The position numbers and the translations under genes are program-made. Source: Blastocatellia bacterium (GTDB lineage: Bacteria > Acidobacteriota > Blastocatellia > RBC074). From it: 64,000 nt of DNA. Every line of letters starts with the position of its first letter. Positions within the stretch are counted from its first letter, which is position 1. The notes under the pieces are model-generated. The model had not been told where the DNA came from, did not search any database, and was given only the letters and a program-made list of their open reading frames with translations. This document shows positions 49,919-64,000 of this stretch, piece after piece. The DNA is taken from contig DAOLKO010000010.1 of assembly GCA_035331565.1 (NCBI GenBank), forward strand, positions 15,682 to 79,681. The letters run 5' to 3'.

Positions 49919-50691
49919 GTTACGGGCGGCTTCGATTGTTGCCGGGCAAGCAAAGCTTCGTCTTCGGCGATCTTCCGTCGCGCTTCGTCTACGTCGTGGC
50001 TGTCAATCTGGCCGACGATCTGCGCCGCGCGGTCAATTGCCGCCTTTGTCGCCATTCGTTTGACGGCGGCTTTCACTTCCGGCGCGTCAATCCCTTCGCG
50101 GTATGCGCCGATGATCTGTTCGCGCTGTTCGCGTTGAATCTGCCGCCATTGCGCGTTGTATTCGGATTCGGCTTCGAGCGTGGCAATCCGCTCCTGTGAA
50201 TCCGGGTGCAAGTCGAGCAGCCATTTCCACAAATAGGGAACGGCGACAATCGAAAGCGGCAGGATATACCGCACATAAAAGAGCAGGGGCGCGGGCAGTT
50301 CGGATGAGCCGAACCAGCCGCCGTCACTGTAACCGATGGCAAATTGCGCCAGCGTGTTGATGGCCAGCACTCCCCAGACGCCAAACGAGGCGATGAAGCC
50401 CAGCCGCCGCTGTTCGCTGCCCTTGAAGAAATACAAGCGGCCAAGCGTCAGGCCGATGGCTGTTCCTTCGAGCAGGACGACCGGCAGCCAGCTTGCCACG
50501 TCGAGCCAGTCCGCGTAGAGCTTGCTGCCTTTCATTCCATTGTAGGCCAGACCGTGTGTCTGAATGGCGGTGACGATCACGCCGACGGCGATCATCAGCC
50601 AACTGATGACCATTCCCAGCCCGTTGCCGGACTTCTCGACGGAATCAGAAATGCGCTTGGCGCGCTGTTGGTATTTGTCAAAATCTTTCAT
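49876..50691 (-). CDS. Island membrane protein (five or six TM helices plus a coiled-coil C-terminus).
   Basis: Start at ATG 50691 (MKDFDKYQQ) preceded by GGAG. The core is hydrophobic. Confidence 0.4.
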   Translation of the reverse strand: MKDFDKYQQRAKRISDSVEKSGNGLGMVISWLMIAVGVIVTAIQTHGLAYNGMKGSKLYADWLDVASWLPVVLLEGTAIGLTLGRLYFFKGSEQRRLGFIASFGVWGVLAINTLAQFAIGYSDGGWFGSSELPAPLLFYVRYILPLSIVAVPYLWKWLLDLHPDSQERIATLEAESEYNAQWRQIQREQREQIIGAYREGIDAPEVKAAVKRMATKAAIDRAAQIVGQIDSHDVDEARRKIAEDEALLARQQSKPPVTWPGKDVTGQERGN

Positions 50692-51025
50692 GGTTGCTTT
50701 CTCCATTGGTTGAGGAGTGCTAACCTTACTTTGCGAAAGGCTGTTAGCACTTCGGTGTTGATAGTTGTCCGGGCTTGTGGAGAGTTGACGCTTTCCGCAA
50801 GCCCTTCGCATTTAAGAAAGAATAATTCAGCCGGAGGGAACATTGGCCCTGAAACCAAAATTCCACCAGCCTTTTTTCGCGTTTGGAATAGACGAGAGAG
50901 TTCAGAGGTGAAGACACCGAAAAATGTGATTTTGGTGGCGTATGTGTTACGGAACGTGTTACGAAGGGTATAAAAAGAAAAAAGCTTGGCGCTAGAAGTT
51001 GCGCTAAGCTCTTTAGAATCAATAA

Positions 51026-51099
<74 letters not shown>

Positions 51100-51329
51100 G
51101 TCAAGAGACTGTCGAATTCGCCGCGCATTCTAACAAGCCAGACGCGTTGCCGCCAGCCGATCAAACAAATTGCCAGACAGCTTGTTGAAGAGCGCCCCGT
51201 CCGACAAGGAAATGGTCTTGAAAGGCAGTCGGATGACGTTCTCCGAATTGGCTTCGATATTCGAGTACATGAATTCATCGGCAGTTTGGAGAAGTATTAT
51301 TGGAAGCCATCGCACTCCGAAACCAGCCT

Positions 51330-51752
51330 TCAGCTTTCATTTGCCGTCGGGCGTGCGCAGTTGACCATCCAGGGGATGCCGAACTGGTCAATCAGCATAC
51401 CGAATTTTTCGGCCCAGAACGTTTGCTGCAACGGCATGTTGACTTTGCCGTTTTCGGCCAGCGCGTTAAAGACGCGGTCGGCCTCGGCGGGGTCTTCCAT
51501 ACTGAGCGATACGCAAAAGCCGTTGGGTTGCTGGTAAAAACCTGGCGGGCTGTCGGAAACCAGCACAGAGGTCTCACCGAGGTCTATCGTCGCGTGCATA
51601 ATCTTGTCCCCGAATTCGGCAGGAAACTGCCCTGCCATCGGCGACGCGGCATAGGTAATCGTAAACGTGGTCTTCGCGCCCAAATGTCGTTCGTAAAACT
51701 TCAAGGCTTCGGCGCAATTGCCGTTGAAGTTCAAATGTGCATTCAGCTTCAT
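51330..51752 (-). CDS. VOC/glyoxalase-family protein (PhnB-like).
   Basis: 140-aa product. The FYERHLGAKTTF...MHATIDLGETSVLVSD fold pattern is PhnB-like. Confidence 0.6.
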   Translation of the reverse strand: MKLNAHLNFNGNCAEALKFYERHLGAKTTFTITYAASPMAGQFPAEFGDKIMHATIDLGETSVLVSDSPPGFYQQPNGFCVSLSMEDPAEADRVFNALAENGKVNMPLQQTFWAEKFGMLIDQFGIPWMVNCARPTANES

Positions 51753-51876
51753 ATTGTGCTCCTTGTGTTAGTGCGCGATTGCGCGTTGATTGCGTGATTG
51801 CCTTTTGGTTATTGGTTGACGGCGCTCGGATGGCGCACGATGTGTTGAAAGGCGGCCTGGTTTGATTGCGCAACAC

Positions 51877-52329
51877 TTACTGCGCGTAAGCCTGCTGCAA
51901 TGCCTGAATATCAATCTTGCTCATTTGCAGCATGGCCTGCATTACGCGCCCGGCTTTGGCTGGGTCTTTGTCGCCCATCAATTCGCCCAAAACCGTGGGA
52001 ATGATTTGCCAGGACAATCCGTACTTGTCTTTCAGCCAGCCGCACCTGGATTGCTCGCCGCCTGCGGAAAGCTTCTCCCACAATTCATCCACTTCCGCCT
52101 GTGTTTCGCAGTTGACGAACAGCGAAATGGCTTCGGTGAATTTGAATTGCGGACCGCCGTTGAGCGCGTGAAAGGTCTGGCCTTCCAGTTGAAAACTCGC
52201 CATCAACAGTTTCCCATCCGGGCCGGGCGCGGTATGCAGGATTTTCGAGTTTTTGAAGATTGAGACGTAAAAGTTGATCGCTTCTTCGGCGTTATTGTCG
52301 AACCACAAGAACGGAATGATTTTTTGCAT
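51877..52329 (-). CDS. VOC-family protein (PhnB/YjdN-like).
   Basis: [28 protein letters not shown] is a typical N-terminus of the 3-demethylubiquinone-9 methyltransferase-like VOC family. Confidence 0.6.
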   Translation of the reverse strand: MQKIIPFLWFDNNAEEAINFYVSIFKNSKILHTAPGPDGKLLMASFQLEGQTFHALNGGPQFKFTEAISLFVNCETQAEVDELWEKLSAGGEQSRCGWLKDKYGLSWQIIPTVLGELMGDKDPAKAGRVMQAMLQMSKIDIQALQQAYAQ

Positions 52330-52458
52330 GGACTCTCCTTTTTCCATAAGTTTCCACGGGTCAGTACCGCGAACGGCAGCAAGCAACGAAGCGCCAGCGA
52401 AAGCTTGGCAGATATTGCGGTTTGTTTTGCCACGAAACAACGCTTACCCCACCATTCC

Positions 52459-53580
52459 TTAAGGCTTTGGCGTGCGAGCGCGATCCTTTTTGAGCTGCTC
52501 TTCCTTCAGCCTTTGGACTTCGGCGAATTCGCGGTCGGCGTCGGCTTTGCGGCCAAGCTGACGATACAAGCGTGCAAGTTGATAGCGTTTGACCGGATCG
52601 GTCGGGTCTTTGGCTACGGCGCGTTCCAGCGGCGCGAGGGCTTCAGCGTCTTTGCCCTGTTTGGAAAGAAGTTTGCTGAGCAAGGAATTGGCTTCGATGG
52701 ATTGCGGCTGTTGTTTCAAAGCGGCGTCCAGATTTTGCCTGGCTTCCTCCAGTTGGCCTTCGGCTTCCTGCAAATAGGCGATGTGGTAAAGCGTTGAATA
52801 ATCCTGCGGTTGGCGTTTGCGTTCTTCCAGAAAAGCGGTGAGCGATTCTTTGTTCTGGCCGAGTTTCAAATGCGCAAAGCCCATCGAGTAATACAAACGC
52901 GGCAATTCGGTGTTGAGATTGGCGGCGGCGTTCAATTCCTCCAGCGCGTGTTCAAATTCCAGGTCGCGCAAAAACGCCTGCCCTTGCAGCAAATGTAGAA
53001 CTGGCTGCCCAGCAGGAAATGCCGCCAGCCGTTCCAGCGTGGCGCGAAAGCCTGCTTTGCCCAATCGCAAATACGCCATTCCCATTTGATAAAGCACAGC
53101 CGCATCAGGCGGCGCGGCGTCCAGCGTCGGTTCCAGTTGTTTTAACGCTTCTTCCTCCCGCCCTAGCGAAGCCAGTGACAAACCATAAAGCTGCCGCGCC
53201 TGCACAACGTCCGGCTTTTCTTTCAAAAATCTTTCGAAGACTTCAATGGCTTTGGCGAATTGTCCGGCGCGGTAATGCGCGATGCCCAGGTTAAGTAAAA
53301 TTGGCGTCAATTGCGGCGCAAGCTTGAGCGCGGATTCATAGGAAGCAACGGCTTCTTCATATTTGCCCAACCTTGCCAGCACCACGCCTAAATTGGCGTG
53401 CGCTTCCATGTAATCGGGTTTGGTCTTCAACGTGGCGCGATATTCCTCAGCGGCTTCGGCCAGCTTGCCCTGTTGTTGCAATTGAACGGCACGGTTGAAT
53501 TGTTGCGTCAGGTCAGGAGTTTGCGGCCCTTGAAAGGCGAATGAAAGCGCGAGAATGAAGCTCAAAACGACTTGCGACAT
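52459..53580 (-). CDS. Secreted TPR-repeat protein.
   Basis: Signal peptide followed by about ten 34-aa TPR units. Confidence 0.7.
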   Translation of the reverse strand: MSQVVLSFILALSFAFQGPQTPDLTQQFNRAVQLQQQGKLAEAAEEYRATLKTKPDYMEAHANLGVVLARLGKYEEAVASYESALKLAPQLTPILLNLGIAHYRAGQFAKAIEVFERFLKEKPDVVQARQLYGLSLASLGREEEALKQLEPTLDAAPPDAAVLYQMGMAYLRLGKAGFRATLERLAAFPAGQPVLHLLQGQAFLRDLEFEHALEELNAAANLNTELPRLYYSMGFAHLKLGQNKESLTAFLEERKRQPQDYSTLYHIAYLQEAEGQLEEARQNLDAALKQQPQSIEANSLLSKLLSKQGKDAEALAPLERAVAKDPTDPVKRYQLARLYRQLGRKADADREFAEVQRLKEEQLKKDRARTPKP

Positions 53581-53643
53581 AACAAAAATACCTTATCGCG
53601 GGATTAGTAACAGGACATATGAAACAGTAGAAATCCGTCAGGA

Positions 53644-54687
53644 TCAGTTCTTCTCCGATTTGCTGCGTGCGCGCCAATCGGCTTCCATTTTCTGCAAACT
53701 GGCAGCGTCCGAAGCTTTGGGATTAGCTTTCAAATACGCGCGGATTTCGTCCGCAGCTTCTTTGAACTTTTGTTCGTGCGCGAAGATTTCAGCCAGATAA
53801 ACGTGCGCGCGGGCGGCACTTTCGCCGTTGAGTTTCAGGGCTTGTTCCAAACACTGGCGGGCTTCTTCGTAGCGTTGCAACGAAAGGTTGCCGTAACCGA
53901 GCAGCAACAGAGTCATCGGCGCACTCGGTTCCAGGACGTAAGCCTTTTCCAGATTTGCCACCGCCTCAGTGAATTTCTTTTGTTGAATTTGGCAATAGCC
54001 AAGGCCGCGCAGCGCCGGAGCGTATTTGGCGTGGAGTTGCAGCGCCTGCTCAAAATCGATTTCGGATTCCGCCAGTTTGTTGTGCTGCATCAAAAGGTTT
54101 CCGCGCTCGGTGAGAGCCTGAAAGTAGGCCGGAAACAAGTCAATCGCTTTATTGAACTGTTCCAGCGCCTGTTGCGGGCGGTTTTCCTTGTGGAATTTCA
54201 GGCCTTGTTCGTAGGCTTTGCGGGCGTCTTTGGGAATATTTTGCGCGGCTTCAATCGCGCTGATGGTTCCGGGTTTGGATTCTTTTTTGTCGCCATGCAG
54301 CGGCAATCGCAAATAGACGTTGATTTGCAACCGGTTGGCGAATGCGCGTGTGGTGTCGGATTCCGCCGGTTCGGAAAATTGTTCCGGCACGTCGGGGTTG
54401 GTGGCGTAAACACGATAACGACCGCCGCTCATGCCACGAAATTCATAATTACCTTCCTGATCTGTCAGCACGTCGCGTTTTAAGCCGTTCATTGTTTCAA
54501 TGAAGACTTTGACGCGCGCCGCCGGCTGACCGTCCGGCAAGCTGACGCGCCCAAAAATCAGGAATCCGCCCTGCCAGACGGCTTTGACCGAAAGAACGGA
54601 GCAGAACAGGGAGCAAACTATGGCAAGGGAAAAAACTGGTTTACGCATAAGCGGAAAGGAAAAACGGGGACTGCAAAATGTTTGCAA
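53644..54687 (-). CDS. Secreted protein with a carboxypeptidase-regulatory-like domain plus TPR repeats.
   Basis: GRVSLPDGQPAARVKVFIETMNGLKRDVLTDQEGNYEF is a CarbopepD_reg-like beta-sandwich. It is followed by TPRs. Confidence 0.6.
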   Translation of the reverse strand: MQTFCSPRFSFPLMRKPVFSLAIVCSLFCSVLSVKAVWQGGFLIFGRVSLPDGQPAARVKVFIETMNGLKRDVLTDQEGNYEFRGMSGGRYRVYATNPDVPEQFSEPAESDTTRAFANRLQINVYLRLPLHGDKKESKPGTISAIEAAQNIPKDARKAYEQGLKFHKENRPQQALEQFNKAIDLFPAYFQALTERGNLLMQHNKLAESEIDFEQALQLHAKYAPALRGLGYCQIQQKKFTEAVANLEKAYVLEPSAPMTLLLLGYGNLSLQRYEEARQCLEQALKLNGESAARAHVYLAEIFAHEQKFKEAADEIRAYLKANPKASDAASLQKMEADWRARSKSEKN

Positions 54688-54720
54688 TCCCCGTGTAGGT
54701 TTTAAGCAGTGTTGTCCGGT

Positions 54721-58419
<3,699 letters not shown>

Positions 58420-58766
58420 GGGATTCCTCCACTGGATGTACAGGCGACCAGACGGACACCTGTTTGAATGAGTGACCAGACGATTGACCATCAATTGATC
58501 AGTCGCCTCTTTAATATTCAAAAATGGATTCGAGCGTTTTATGAAACCGGAATTGGTTCGGAAGATTTTTCCGGCAAATCGCTGCCGGATGCCTGCGCGG
58601 ACTGAAGCATATTCAGCAAAGCTATTTTGATTTTTTGAACTCTCTCGAAACAGTGGTGAGCCGCGTCAGCGGCGCGGATTATCCGCCTCGATTCAGGAAA
58701 CTGTCAAGGTATGACCAATGAACTTTAACCTTTTCATCAAAGGCATTGGTAATTGTGGCGGGCGGC

Positions 58767-60191
58767 TTATTGCTCATAAGCATAAGCCGCGTTGAGTAGG
58801 CGCGCTTCGTCAAAATGGTTTCCAATCAATTGCAAGCCAATGGGCAATCCGTTTGACGATGCGCCGCAAGGCACGCTGATCCCGGGCAACCCGACCAAAT
58901 TAAGCGTCACGGTATAGATGTCGCCCAGGTACATCGCCAGCGGATCATCGGATTTGTCGCCGATCTTGAAAGCCGGCGTCGGCGCGGTGGGCGTGGCGAT
59001 GACATCGCATTTCTTGAAAGCTTCGGCGAAATCGCCCGCCAGCATCGCGCGGACGCGCTGCGCCTTTTCGTAATAAGCGTCGTAATAACCCGAAGACAAT
59101 GCGAACGTGCCGAGCATAATTCGCCGTTTGACTTCTGCGCCGAAACCTTCGTCGCGAGTGCGGCGATAGAGTTCGGAAAGCGTCCTGGCCTCTTCGGTTC
59201 GATAGCCGTAACGCACGCCGTCAAAGCGCGCCAGATTGGACGAAGCTTCCGCCGTGGCAATCAGGTAATAAACGGCGATGACGTACTTGGTGTGCGGTAA
59301 ATGGACTTCAACGATTTCCGCGCCGCGCGCTTCCAGCTTTTTGATGGCGGCTTCGACGGCGGCTTTGACTTCAGTGTCCAGCCCTTCGCCAAAACATTCC
59401 GGCGGCACGCCGACGCGCAAACCTTTGATGTCGCCGGTCAGCGCGTTCAGGTAATCCGGCACTGCCGCATTAGCCGAAGTCGAATCGTGGCGGTCGTGGC
59501 CGGAGATGACTTGCAACATTCGCGCGGCGTCGCGGACGTTTGCGGCAAACGGCCCGATTTGATCCAGCGAAGACGCAAAAGCCACCAAACCGAATCGCGA
59601 CACGCGGCCATAAGTCGGCTTCAATCCGACAATCCCGCAAAACGAAGCCGGCTGACGAATGGAACCGCCAGTATCAGAACCGAGCGACACCGGCACGTGC
59701 CCCGCAGCCACGGCCACCGCCGAACCGCCGGAACTTCCGCCCGGCACATACTCCGGATTGACAGGATTGCGCGCCGTTCCGAACGCGGAGTTTTCCGTCG
59801 AACTCCCCATCGCGAATTCATCCAGGTTGGTTTTGCCGACAATGATTGCGCCGGCGGCTTCGAGTTTTTTGACTACTGTTGCGGTGTACTGTGGAACGTA
59901 ATTGCCCAGAATCCGCGAACCGCAAGTCGTGCGGACGCCTTCGGTACACATATTATCTTTGATGGCGACCGGCACGCCCGCCAGCGGCTGGGTTTGCATC
60001 GCGGATTGAATTGCGCCGTCCAATGTGGCGGCTTGGTTGAGCGCACCTTCGCGATTGATAGTCAGATAAGCGTTAAGGCGCTCATTGTCGGCTTCGATCT
60101 TTTCGATTGCCGCGCGGACGATTTCGCTCGGCGTAGCGTCGCCCGCAGCGTAGAGGCGATGGATTTCTTCGACAGTCAGTTTCGTGCTCAA
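58767..60191 (-). CDS. gatA: Glutamyl-tRNA(Gln)/Asp-tRNA(Asn) amidotransferase subunit A.
   Basis: Amidase signature [14 protein letters not shown] and the Ser-cisSer-Lys context. The start is probably TTG 60191 after AGGAACGGAG. Confidence 0.85.
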   Translation of the reverse strand: MSTKLTVEEIHRLYAAGDATPSEIVRAAIEKIEADNERLNAYLTINREGALNQAATLDGAIQSAMQTQPLAGVPVAIKDNMCTEGVRTTCGSRILGNYVPQYTATVVKKLEAAGAIIVGKTNLDEFAMGSSTENSAFGTARNPVNPEYVPGGSSGGSAVAVAAGHVPVSLGSDTGGSIRQPASFCGIVGLKPTYGRVSRFGLVAFASSLDQIGPFAANVRDAARMLQVISGHDRHDSTSANAAVPDYLNALTGDIKGLRVGVPPECFGEGLDTEVKAAVEAAIKKLEARGAEIVEVHLPHTKYVIAVYYLIATAEASSNLARFDGVRYGYRTEEARTLSELYRRTRDEGFGAEVKRRIMLGTFALSSGYYDAYYEKAQRVRAMLAGDFAEAFKKCDVIATPTAPTPAFKIGDKSDDPLAMYLGDIYTVTLNLVGLPGISVPCGASSNGLPIGLQLIGNHFDEARLLNAAYAYEQ

Positions 60192-60206
60192 AGCAGTGAC
60201 TCCGTT

Positions 60207-60311
60207 CCTGGGAGCGCACGCGGCCTCGCGTGCTGACGTGGCAGGTCTAATGATGATTTCCAAAGGGTTCGCCTATCGAAGCAGGCACGCGAGGCCGCGT
60301 GCGCTCCCAGG
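60207..60311. repeat. Perfect 27-bp inverted repeat (two arms with a 51-nt spacer) in the gatC-gatA intergenic region.
   Basis: The arm cctgggagcgcacgcggcctcgcgtgc lies at 60207-60233. Its exact reverse complement lies at 60285-60311. Confidence 0.7.
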
Positions 60312-60322
60312 CATTTCGACTT

Positions 60323-60619
60323 TCAAATGACGCGCGGAACCAGAAAATGGCCTTCGTCCGCGTCCGGCGCTTGCACCAAAGCTTTCGCCTGGCCGAGGCT
60401 GGGTTCGACGACATCGGCGCGCGAAGCATACGACGTGACGGCTTCGCCCGCGCTGCGTGGTTGCCAGGCATTGACGGCGGCAGTGTCCACTTCGTTCAAT
60501 TGGTCAATGTATTCGACGATGGCGGCCAATTGGCCGGAAAAACTTTCCTTCTCAGCGTCGGTCAATTCCAGATTGGCCAGCTTGGCGATTTTTTCGACTT
60601 CGGTTCGTGTGATGGGCAT
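60323..60619 (-). CDS. gatC: Glu-tRNA(Gln)/Asp-tRNA(Asn) amidotransferase subunit C.
   Basis: 98-aa product with [16 protein letters not shown]...YIDQL. It lies immediately upstream of gatA. Confidence 0.8.
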   Translation of the reverse strand: MPITRTEVEKIAKLANLELTDAEKESFSGQLAAIVEYIDQLNEVDTAAVNAWQPRSAGEAVTSYASRADVVEPSLGQAKALVQAPDADEGHFLVPRVI

Positions 60620-60669
60620 AAAACAATTTCAAATTTCAGATTCTGGATTCGAGATTACCATCCGCTCCC

Positions 60670-61131
60670 TTACGGTCGCGGTTCCGATTCTTTTCTTTCC
60701 AAGCTCTTCGCCGCCGTGCGCAAAAACTGTGCGCGCAATTCCGGGTCTTTTATTTGTTCGGCGGACGCGCGCAATTCTTCGGTCAATTCTTCGGTGTGAT
60801 TAAACTCGAAAGGTTTGGCCGCGTGTCCGTGCGCTTGTAGGACGTGCCGGCGGTCTTCGCGAAATTCGATGAACGTGACCAGAGGCGCGCCGAGCAGCGA
60901 ATTGATGCGGAACAGATATTCTCCGGCCAGTTTTTCCAACTGTTTTTTCCAGGTTTGATCCAGCACGGCAATAACCAACTGTTTGCGATAGAGCCGGAAG
61001 GGTTCGCAACCGCTGATAATTCCCTTCCCCGCCGCCACGCGCCAAGCCGCAAAGACCGCCTGCTCACGCACTTCTTCATTGTCGCCCGACAGGCGAATCA
61101 TCATCGGCAGCAATTTGAGCAGGCTTTCCAT
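60670..61131 (-). CDS. DUF721/DciA-like protein (putative replicative helicase loader-associated).
   Basis: [38 protein letters not shown] matches the DUF721 core. The start is taken at MESLL. Confidence 0.55.
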   Translation of the reverse strand: MESLLKLLPMMIRLSGDNEEVREQAVFAAWRVAAGKGIISGCEPFRLYRKQLVIAVLDQTWKKQLEKLAGEYLFRINSLLGAPLVTFIEFREDRRHVLQAHGHAAKPFEFNHTEELTEELRASAEQIKDPELRAQFLRTAAKSLERKESEPRP

Positions 61132-61132
61132 C

Positions 61133-62782
61133 TCAGTTTCTTTTGACTCGCCGCGTCGTGCCGGATTTAGGTTTGGCTCCGGCGGAGTCCGGTTGCTGGA
61201 ACGTATTTTTGTGCGCAACCACCGGCCAATACTTATCGAACACGAAATCCGGACTGTTTTCGCGGTCGTGGCAGATCAAGCAACTCTGGTTTTTCGTCGG
61301 TGTTTTGTAAATCTTGGCGGTCGGTTGCGCCACGTGTTCCGCGCCGGGGCCGTGACAAGATTCGCATTGCACGTTGGCCAGTTGCGGCGTGGCTTTGATG
61401 TTCACGAATCCGCCCGGCTTTTGAAATCCCAGCGAATGACAGCCAATGCAGGCGGCGTCATAAAGCCGCTTCTTGGTTTCGAGCGGCGCGAAGGCGTGCG
61501 CGTGACGCGAATTTTTCCAGACTTCGTATTCCTGAACGTGGCACTTGCCGCAGGCTTCGGACATCACGTAAGGCGACGCCTGATTGCCGGAATAGTTTGC
61601 CGCCACCAGCTTGGCTTCTTCTTCGGCCAGACGATTTTGAACCTCGTCAATTTCCTGCCGCGCCTGTTTGGTCATTGCGGCCATTGGCGGATCATCCGGG
61701 ATAACTTCATCAAGCTGCACGTAACGCGCCGTGAAACGATCCACCGCGCCGTCTTTGTCCGCGTAAAACCGCAATTCACCCAGATGCTTGGTTTCTTTGG
61801 CGGCATAAACCACCAGCGCGTTGTTGATCTGGCGCGGATCAGGAACCAGGCCGCGTTCGTCCGTGGTGATGATGACATCGAGGTCGTCGTTTTGCCGCGC
61901 CAGTTTGTTGACAGACGGAAGCGAAAGGAATCCGACGACGATGGTCACATCCGCTTTGTCGCGAACTTCGGCCAGCGCAGCTTTGGCGGCTTCAAACGGA
62001 TCGTTGATAACCAAACCGCTCGCCGCCACTGCCTTTTGATGTTCTTCCGGCGCGGCTTCGCTGACACCTATGAAGGCAATGCGCACCGGTTCGGGCAGTC
62101 GTTTGGCGGTGACGGTCTTGATGACGTAAGGCGCTGGGCTGACGTGCGCGGCGTCTGCGGATTTGATGTTGGCGGAAATCAGCGTGGACTTTTCCGGCTT
62201 CAGTTTGGCGTCCGAGCGCAGCAGCGATTCGGCGTAACGCAAATCGCGGTAGCCCAGATTCACCACATCCAAATTCATCGCTTCGTTGGCGCGTACAATC
62301 CAGTCATTCATCAACCGCGCATCTTCTTTCAAGGCGTCGCCTGCCGCGTTCAGGTCGTCGCTGAAAATATATCCGGCATCCACCTGCAAGACGGCGGCGT
62401 CTGGACTGCGCTGTCTGAAAGCATTGATGTAGCCCGCCCGCCGCGCCACGCCTCCCAGCGGATGAATCGGGCAGCCGCAGACTTCCAGATTGCCGTGAAC
62501 CGTCGAAGAGTAAAACACCACCAAGCCGTAACCGTCATCTTCCGCCAACCGGTCTTTCACCGAACCGGAAGGCGCAGGCTTTTTGGCCAAAGCCTCACGG
62601 TCATTCAGCTTCCCTGGTAGCTTGCCCGGCTTGGACGCAGGTTTTTGCGGCGGAGTTTTTTTGGCTTGTTGCAAGGCGAGCGCGAACGCCTCGGTCACGC
62701 TTGCCGGCAGGTTCGCGACCAGCGCGCACGCGGCGAACAGACCAATGATGATGAAAGAAACAACTCGTTTTCGGTACGGCAT
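61133..62782 (-). CDS. Secreted tetrahaem c-type cytochrome with an N-terminal metallophosphoesterase/5'-nucleotidase-like domain.
   Basis: Four CxxCH motifs (CGKCH, CIGCH, CESCH, CLICH) in the C-terminal 150 aa. The N-domain has [13 protein letters not shown]...[11 protein letters not shown], resembling the 5'-nucleotidase metal site but lacking the Asp. Confidence 0.55.
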   Translation of the reverse strand: MPYRKRVVSFIIIGLFAACALVANLPASVTEAFALALQQAKKTPPQKPASKPGKLPGKLNDREALAKKPAPSGSVKDRLAEDDGYGLVVFYSSTVHGNLEVCGCPIHPLGGVARRAGYINAFRQRSPDAAVLQVDAGYIFSDDLNAAGDALKEDARLMNDWIVRANEAMNLDVVNLGYRDLRYAESLLRSDAKLKPEKSTLISANIKSADAAHVSPAPYVIKTVTAKRLPEPVRIAFIGVSEAAPEEHQKAVAASGLVINDPFEAAKAALAEVRDKADVTIVVGFLSLPSVNKLARQNDDLDVIITTDERGLVPDPRQINNALVVYAAKETKHLGELRFYADKDGAVDRFTARYVQLDEVIPDDPPMAAMTKQARQEIDEVQNRLAEEEAKLVAANYSGNQASPYVMSEACGKCHVQEYEVWKNSRHAHAFAPLETKKRLYDAACIGCHSLGFQKPGGFVNIKATPQLANVQCESCHGPGAEHVAQPTAKIYKTPTKNQSCLICHDRENSPDFVFDKYWPVVAHKNTFQQPDSAGAKPKSGTTRRVKRN

Positions 62783-62928
62783 AACTTCTCGAATGTAGCG
62801 GATTTGCAGGCCGGAATCGGCAAGCGCCGACAGTGTAGACAAAAAGCCCAAGTGCGACAAGACAGCGTTCCGACCTCGCCCAAACGGTTTGAAAAGTGCG
62901 GCGGCAGGCGGTTACTCTCCGCCGCGCC

Positions 62929-64000
62929 ATGAAAATTCTCACTGCACAACAAATGCGCGAAATGGATCGGCTGACCGTCGAGCAGGCGGGCATTTCCTAC
63001 GCCACACTGATGGAAACCGCCGGTTCGCGTGTGGTCGAAGCAATTGTTTCCTGTTTCGGCGAAGTCGCGGGCAAATCATTTCTCGTTGTTTGCGGCAAAG
63101 GCAACAACGGCGGAGACGGTGCGGTCATTGCGCGCGGGTTATGGTTGCGCGGCGCATTCGTCAAAGTACGGCTTCATAGTCGGCTGACGGATACGCAAGA
63201 CGAAGCGCGAGCCAATTTCGAGGCTGTCCGCCAACTCGCATCCTCGCGCCAACTACTTTTTGAGGATGACGAACAGAGTTATCACCCTGCACGACTTCAT
63301 CCACCGCGCCTGAAAGATGAACAGTTCAACACGCCGGATTTCATTGTGGATGCGCTGTTCGGAACCGGCTTGACTCGACCGGTGGAAGGCAAATTGGCTC
63401 AGGCCATTTCCCGCATCAACGATTACAGAAAACATTGCGCGTCAAAAGTTGTTGCCGTGGACATCCCATCCGGCCTTTCTTCAGATACCGGACAGCCGCT
63501 CGGCATTCACGTCGAAGCGGATTTGACTGTGACTTTTACTGCACCCAAGTTTGGCAATGTTTTGCCGCCGGCTTCCACCGCGAACGGGAAGTTACTGGTT
63601 GCGCCGATTGGAACGCCGGACTGGTTGCTCGAAGAAGAATGTCCTTCCGATGTTTTTCTGATTGGCGAAGGCCAAATTACAGAGTGGTTGATCGCTTCGC
63701 GCAGACGCCCGGAGGCACATAAAAACTCCGTGGGAGATGTGTTGCTAATTGCCGGATCGCGCGGCAAGACCGGTGCCGCAGCATTAGCCGCAGAATCCAT
63801 CTTGCGGGCCGGTGCCGGTTTAGTGACGGTTGCAACGGCACACTCCGCCCAATCCATTCTGGTCAATCAAACGCGCCTCGAAGTAATGACCGAAGCTTTG
63901 CCCGAAACTGAAAGCAGCGCGATTTCTGAACAGGCACTGGAACGCGTGCTGCAATTGGCGGCGAAAAAAACCGTCCTGGCAATTGGCCCCGGCCTTTCTT
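62929..64000 (+). CDS. nnr: NAD(P)H-hydrate epimerase/dehydratase (YjeF N- and C-domains). It runs off the window end.
   Basis: ATG at 62929. LVVCGKGNNGGDG is the YjeF-N signature. The later LLIAGSRGKTGAA is the YjeF-C carbohydrate-kinase-like part. Confidence 0.75.
   Translation, partial: MKILTAQQMREMDRLTVEQAGISYATLMETAGSRVVEAIVSCFGEVAGKSFLVVCGKGNNGGDGAVIARGLWLRGAFVKVRLHSRLTDTQDEARANFEAVRQLASSRQLLFEDDEQSYHPARLHPPRLKDEQFNTPDFIVDALFGTGLTRPVEGKLAQAISRINDYRKHCASKVVAVDIPSGLSSDTGQPLGIHVEADLTVTFTAPKFGNVLPPASTANGKLLVAPIGTPDWLLEEECPSDVFLIGEGQITEWLIASRRRPEAHKNSVGDVLLIAGSRGKTGAAALAAESILRAGAGLVTVATAHSAQSILVNQTRLEVMTEALPETESSAISEQALERVLQLAAKKTVLAIGPGLS

Noticed and set aside
61079-62620. 513-aa ORF on the + strand.
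   Set aside because: Antisense to the tetrahaem cytochrome gene.

Overview
This is a high-GC bacterial chromosomal segment, probably Acidobacteriota-like. That placement is an inference from an ADOP-type permease fragment, an Oar-like TonB-dependent receptor, a PSCyt/DUF1549/DUF1553 protein and a Ser/Thr-kinase-TPR fusion. The window has three parts.

1. Conserved and decayed core, 1-28 kb. Housekeeping genes are present: recG, hemB, a DegT aminotransferase and an epimerase. A low-GC two-gene ATPase+DUF4276 defence-like insertion lies between an oxidoreductase gene and recG. IS66-family relics sit at two loci and bracket a decayed segment holding a serine hydrolase gene that appears frameshifted in an A7 tract, a YozG-HTH/DUF2975 pair, an ADOP permease stub, a GNAT-NSAR-M20 D-amino-acid conversion cluster, a D-aminoacylase C-terminal relic and a Leu/Phe dehydrogenase.

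2. Most notable locus, 28.3-38.6 kb, minus strand. This is a tightly packed operon for a cysteine tryptophylquinone (CTQ) quinohemoprotein amine dehydrogenase. It encodes QhpA (dihaem alpha subunit), QhpD (radical SAM/SPASM maturase), QhpC (gamma-subunit precursor), QhpB (beta-propeller), QhpF (ABC exporter) and QhpE (small subtilisin-like protease). The canonical flavin monooxygenase QhpG is absent. In its place sits a UbiU-like/UbiV-like pair of U32-family [4Fe-4S] proteins, whose homologues perform O2-independent hydroxylations. This suggests a possibly undescribed anaerobic route to CTQ. The operon also carries two embedded same-strand insertions: a low-GC Cys/His-rich 180-aa ORF between qhpC and qhpB, and a Uma2 endonuclease between the two U32 genes.

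3. Integrated island, 38.7-51.1 kb, directly upstream of qhpA. This ~12.3 kb island sits in tRNA-Arg(CCU) and is flanked by a 44-nt direct repeat of the tRNA 3' half. It carries a tyrosine integrase, an AlpA-like excisionase, a primase/P-loop replication protein, an iteron-like repeat block, AT-rich membrane-protein cargo and a DUF4258/MqsA-like toxin-antitoxin pair.

Downstream of the island are two VOC proteins, two TPR proteins, an Oar-like TonB receptor, gatC-gatA separated by a perfect 27-bp inverted repeat, a DciA/DUF721 gene, a tetrahaem cytochrome with a degenerate 5'-nucleotidase-like N-domain, and a partial nnr gene.

No CRISPR array or rRNA was seen.
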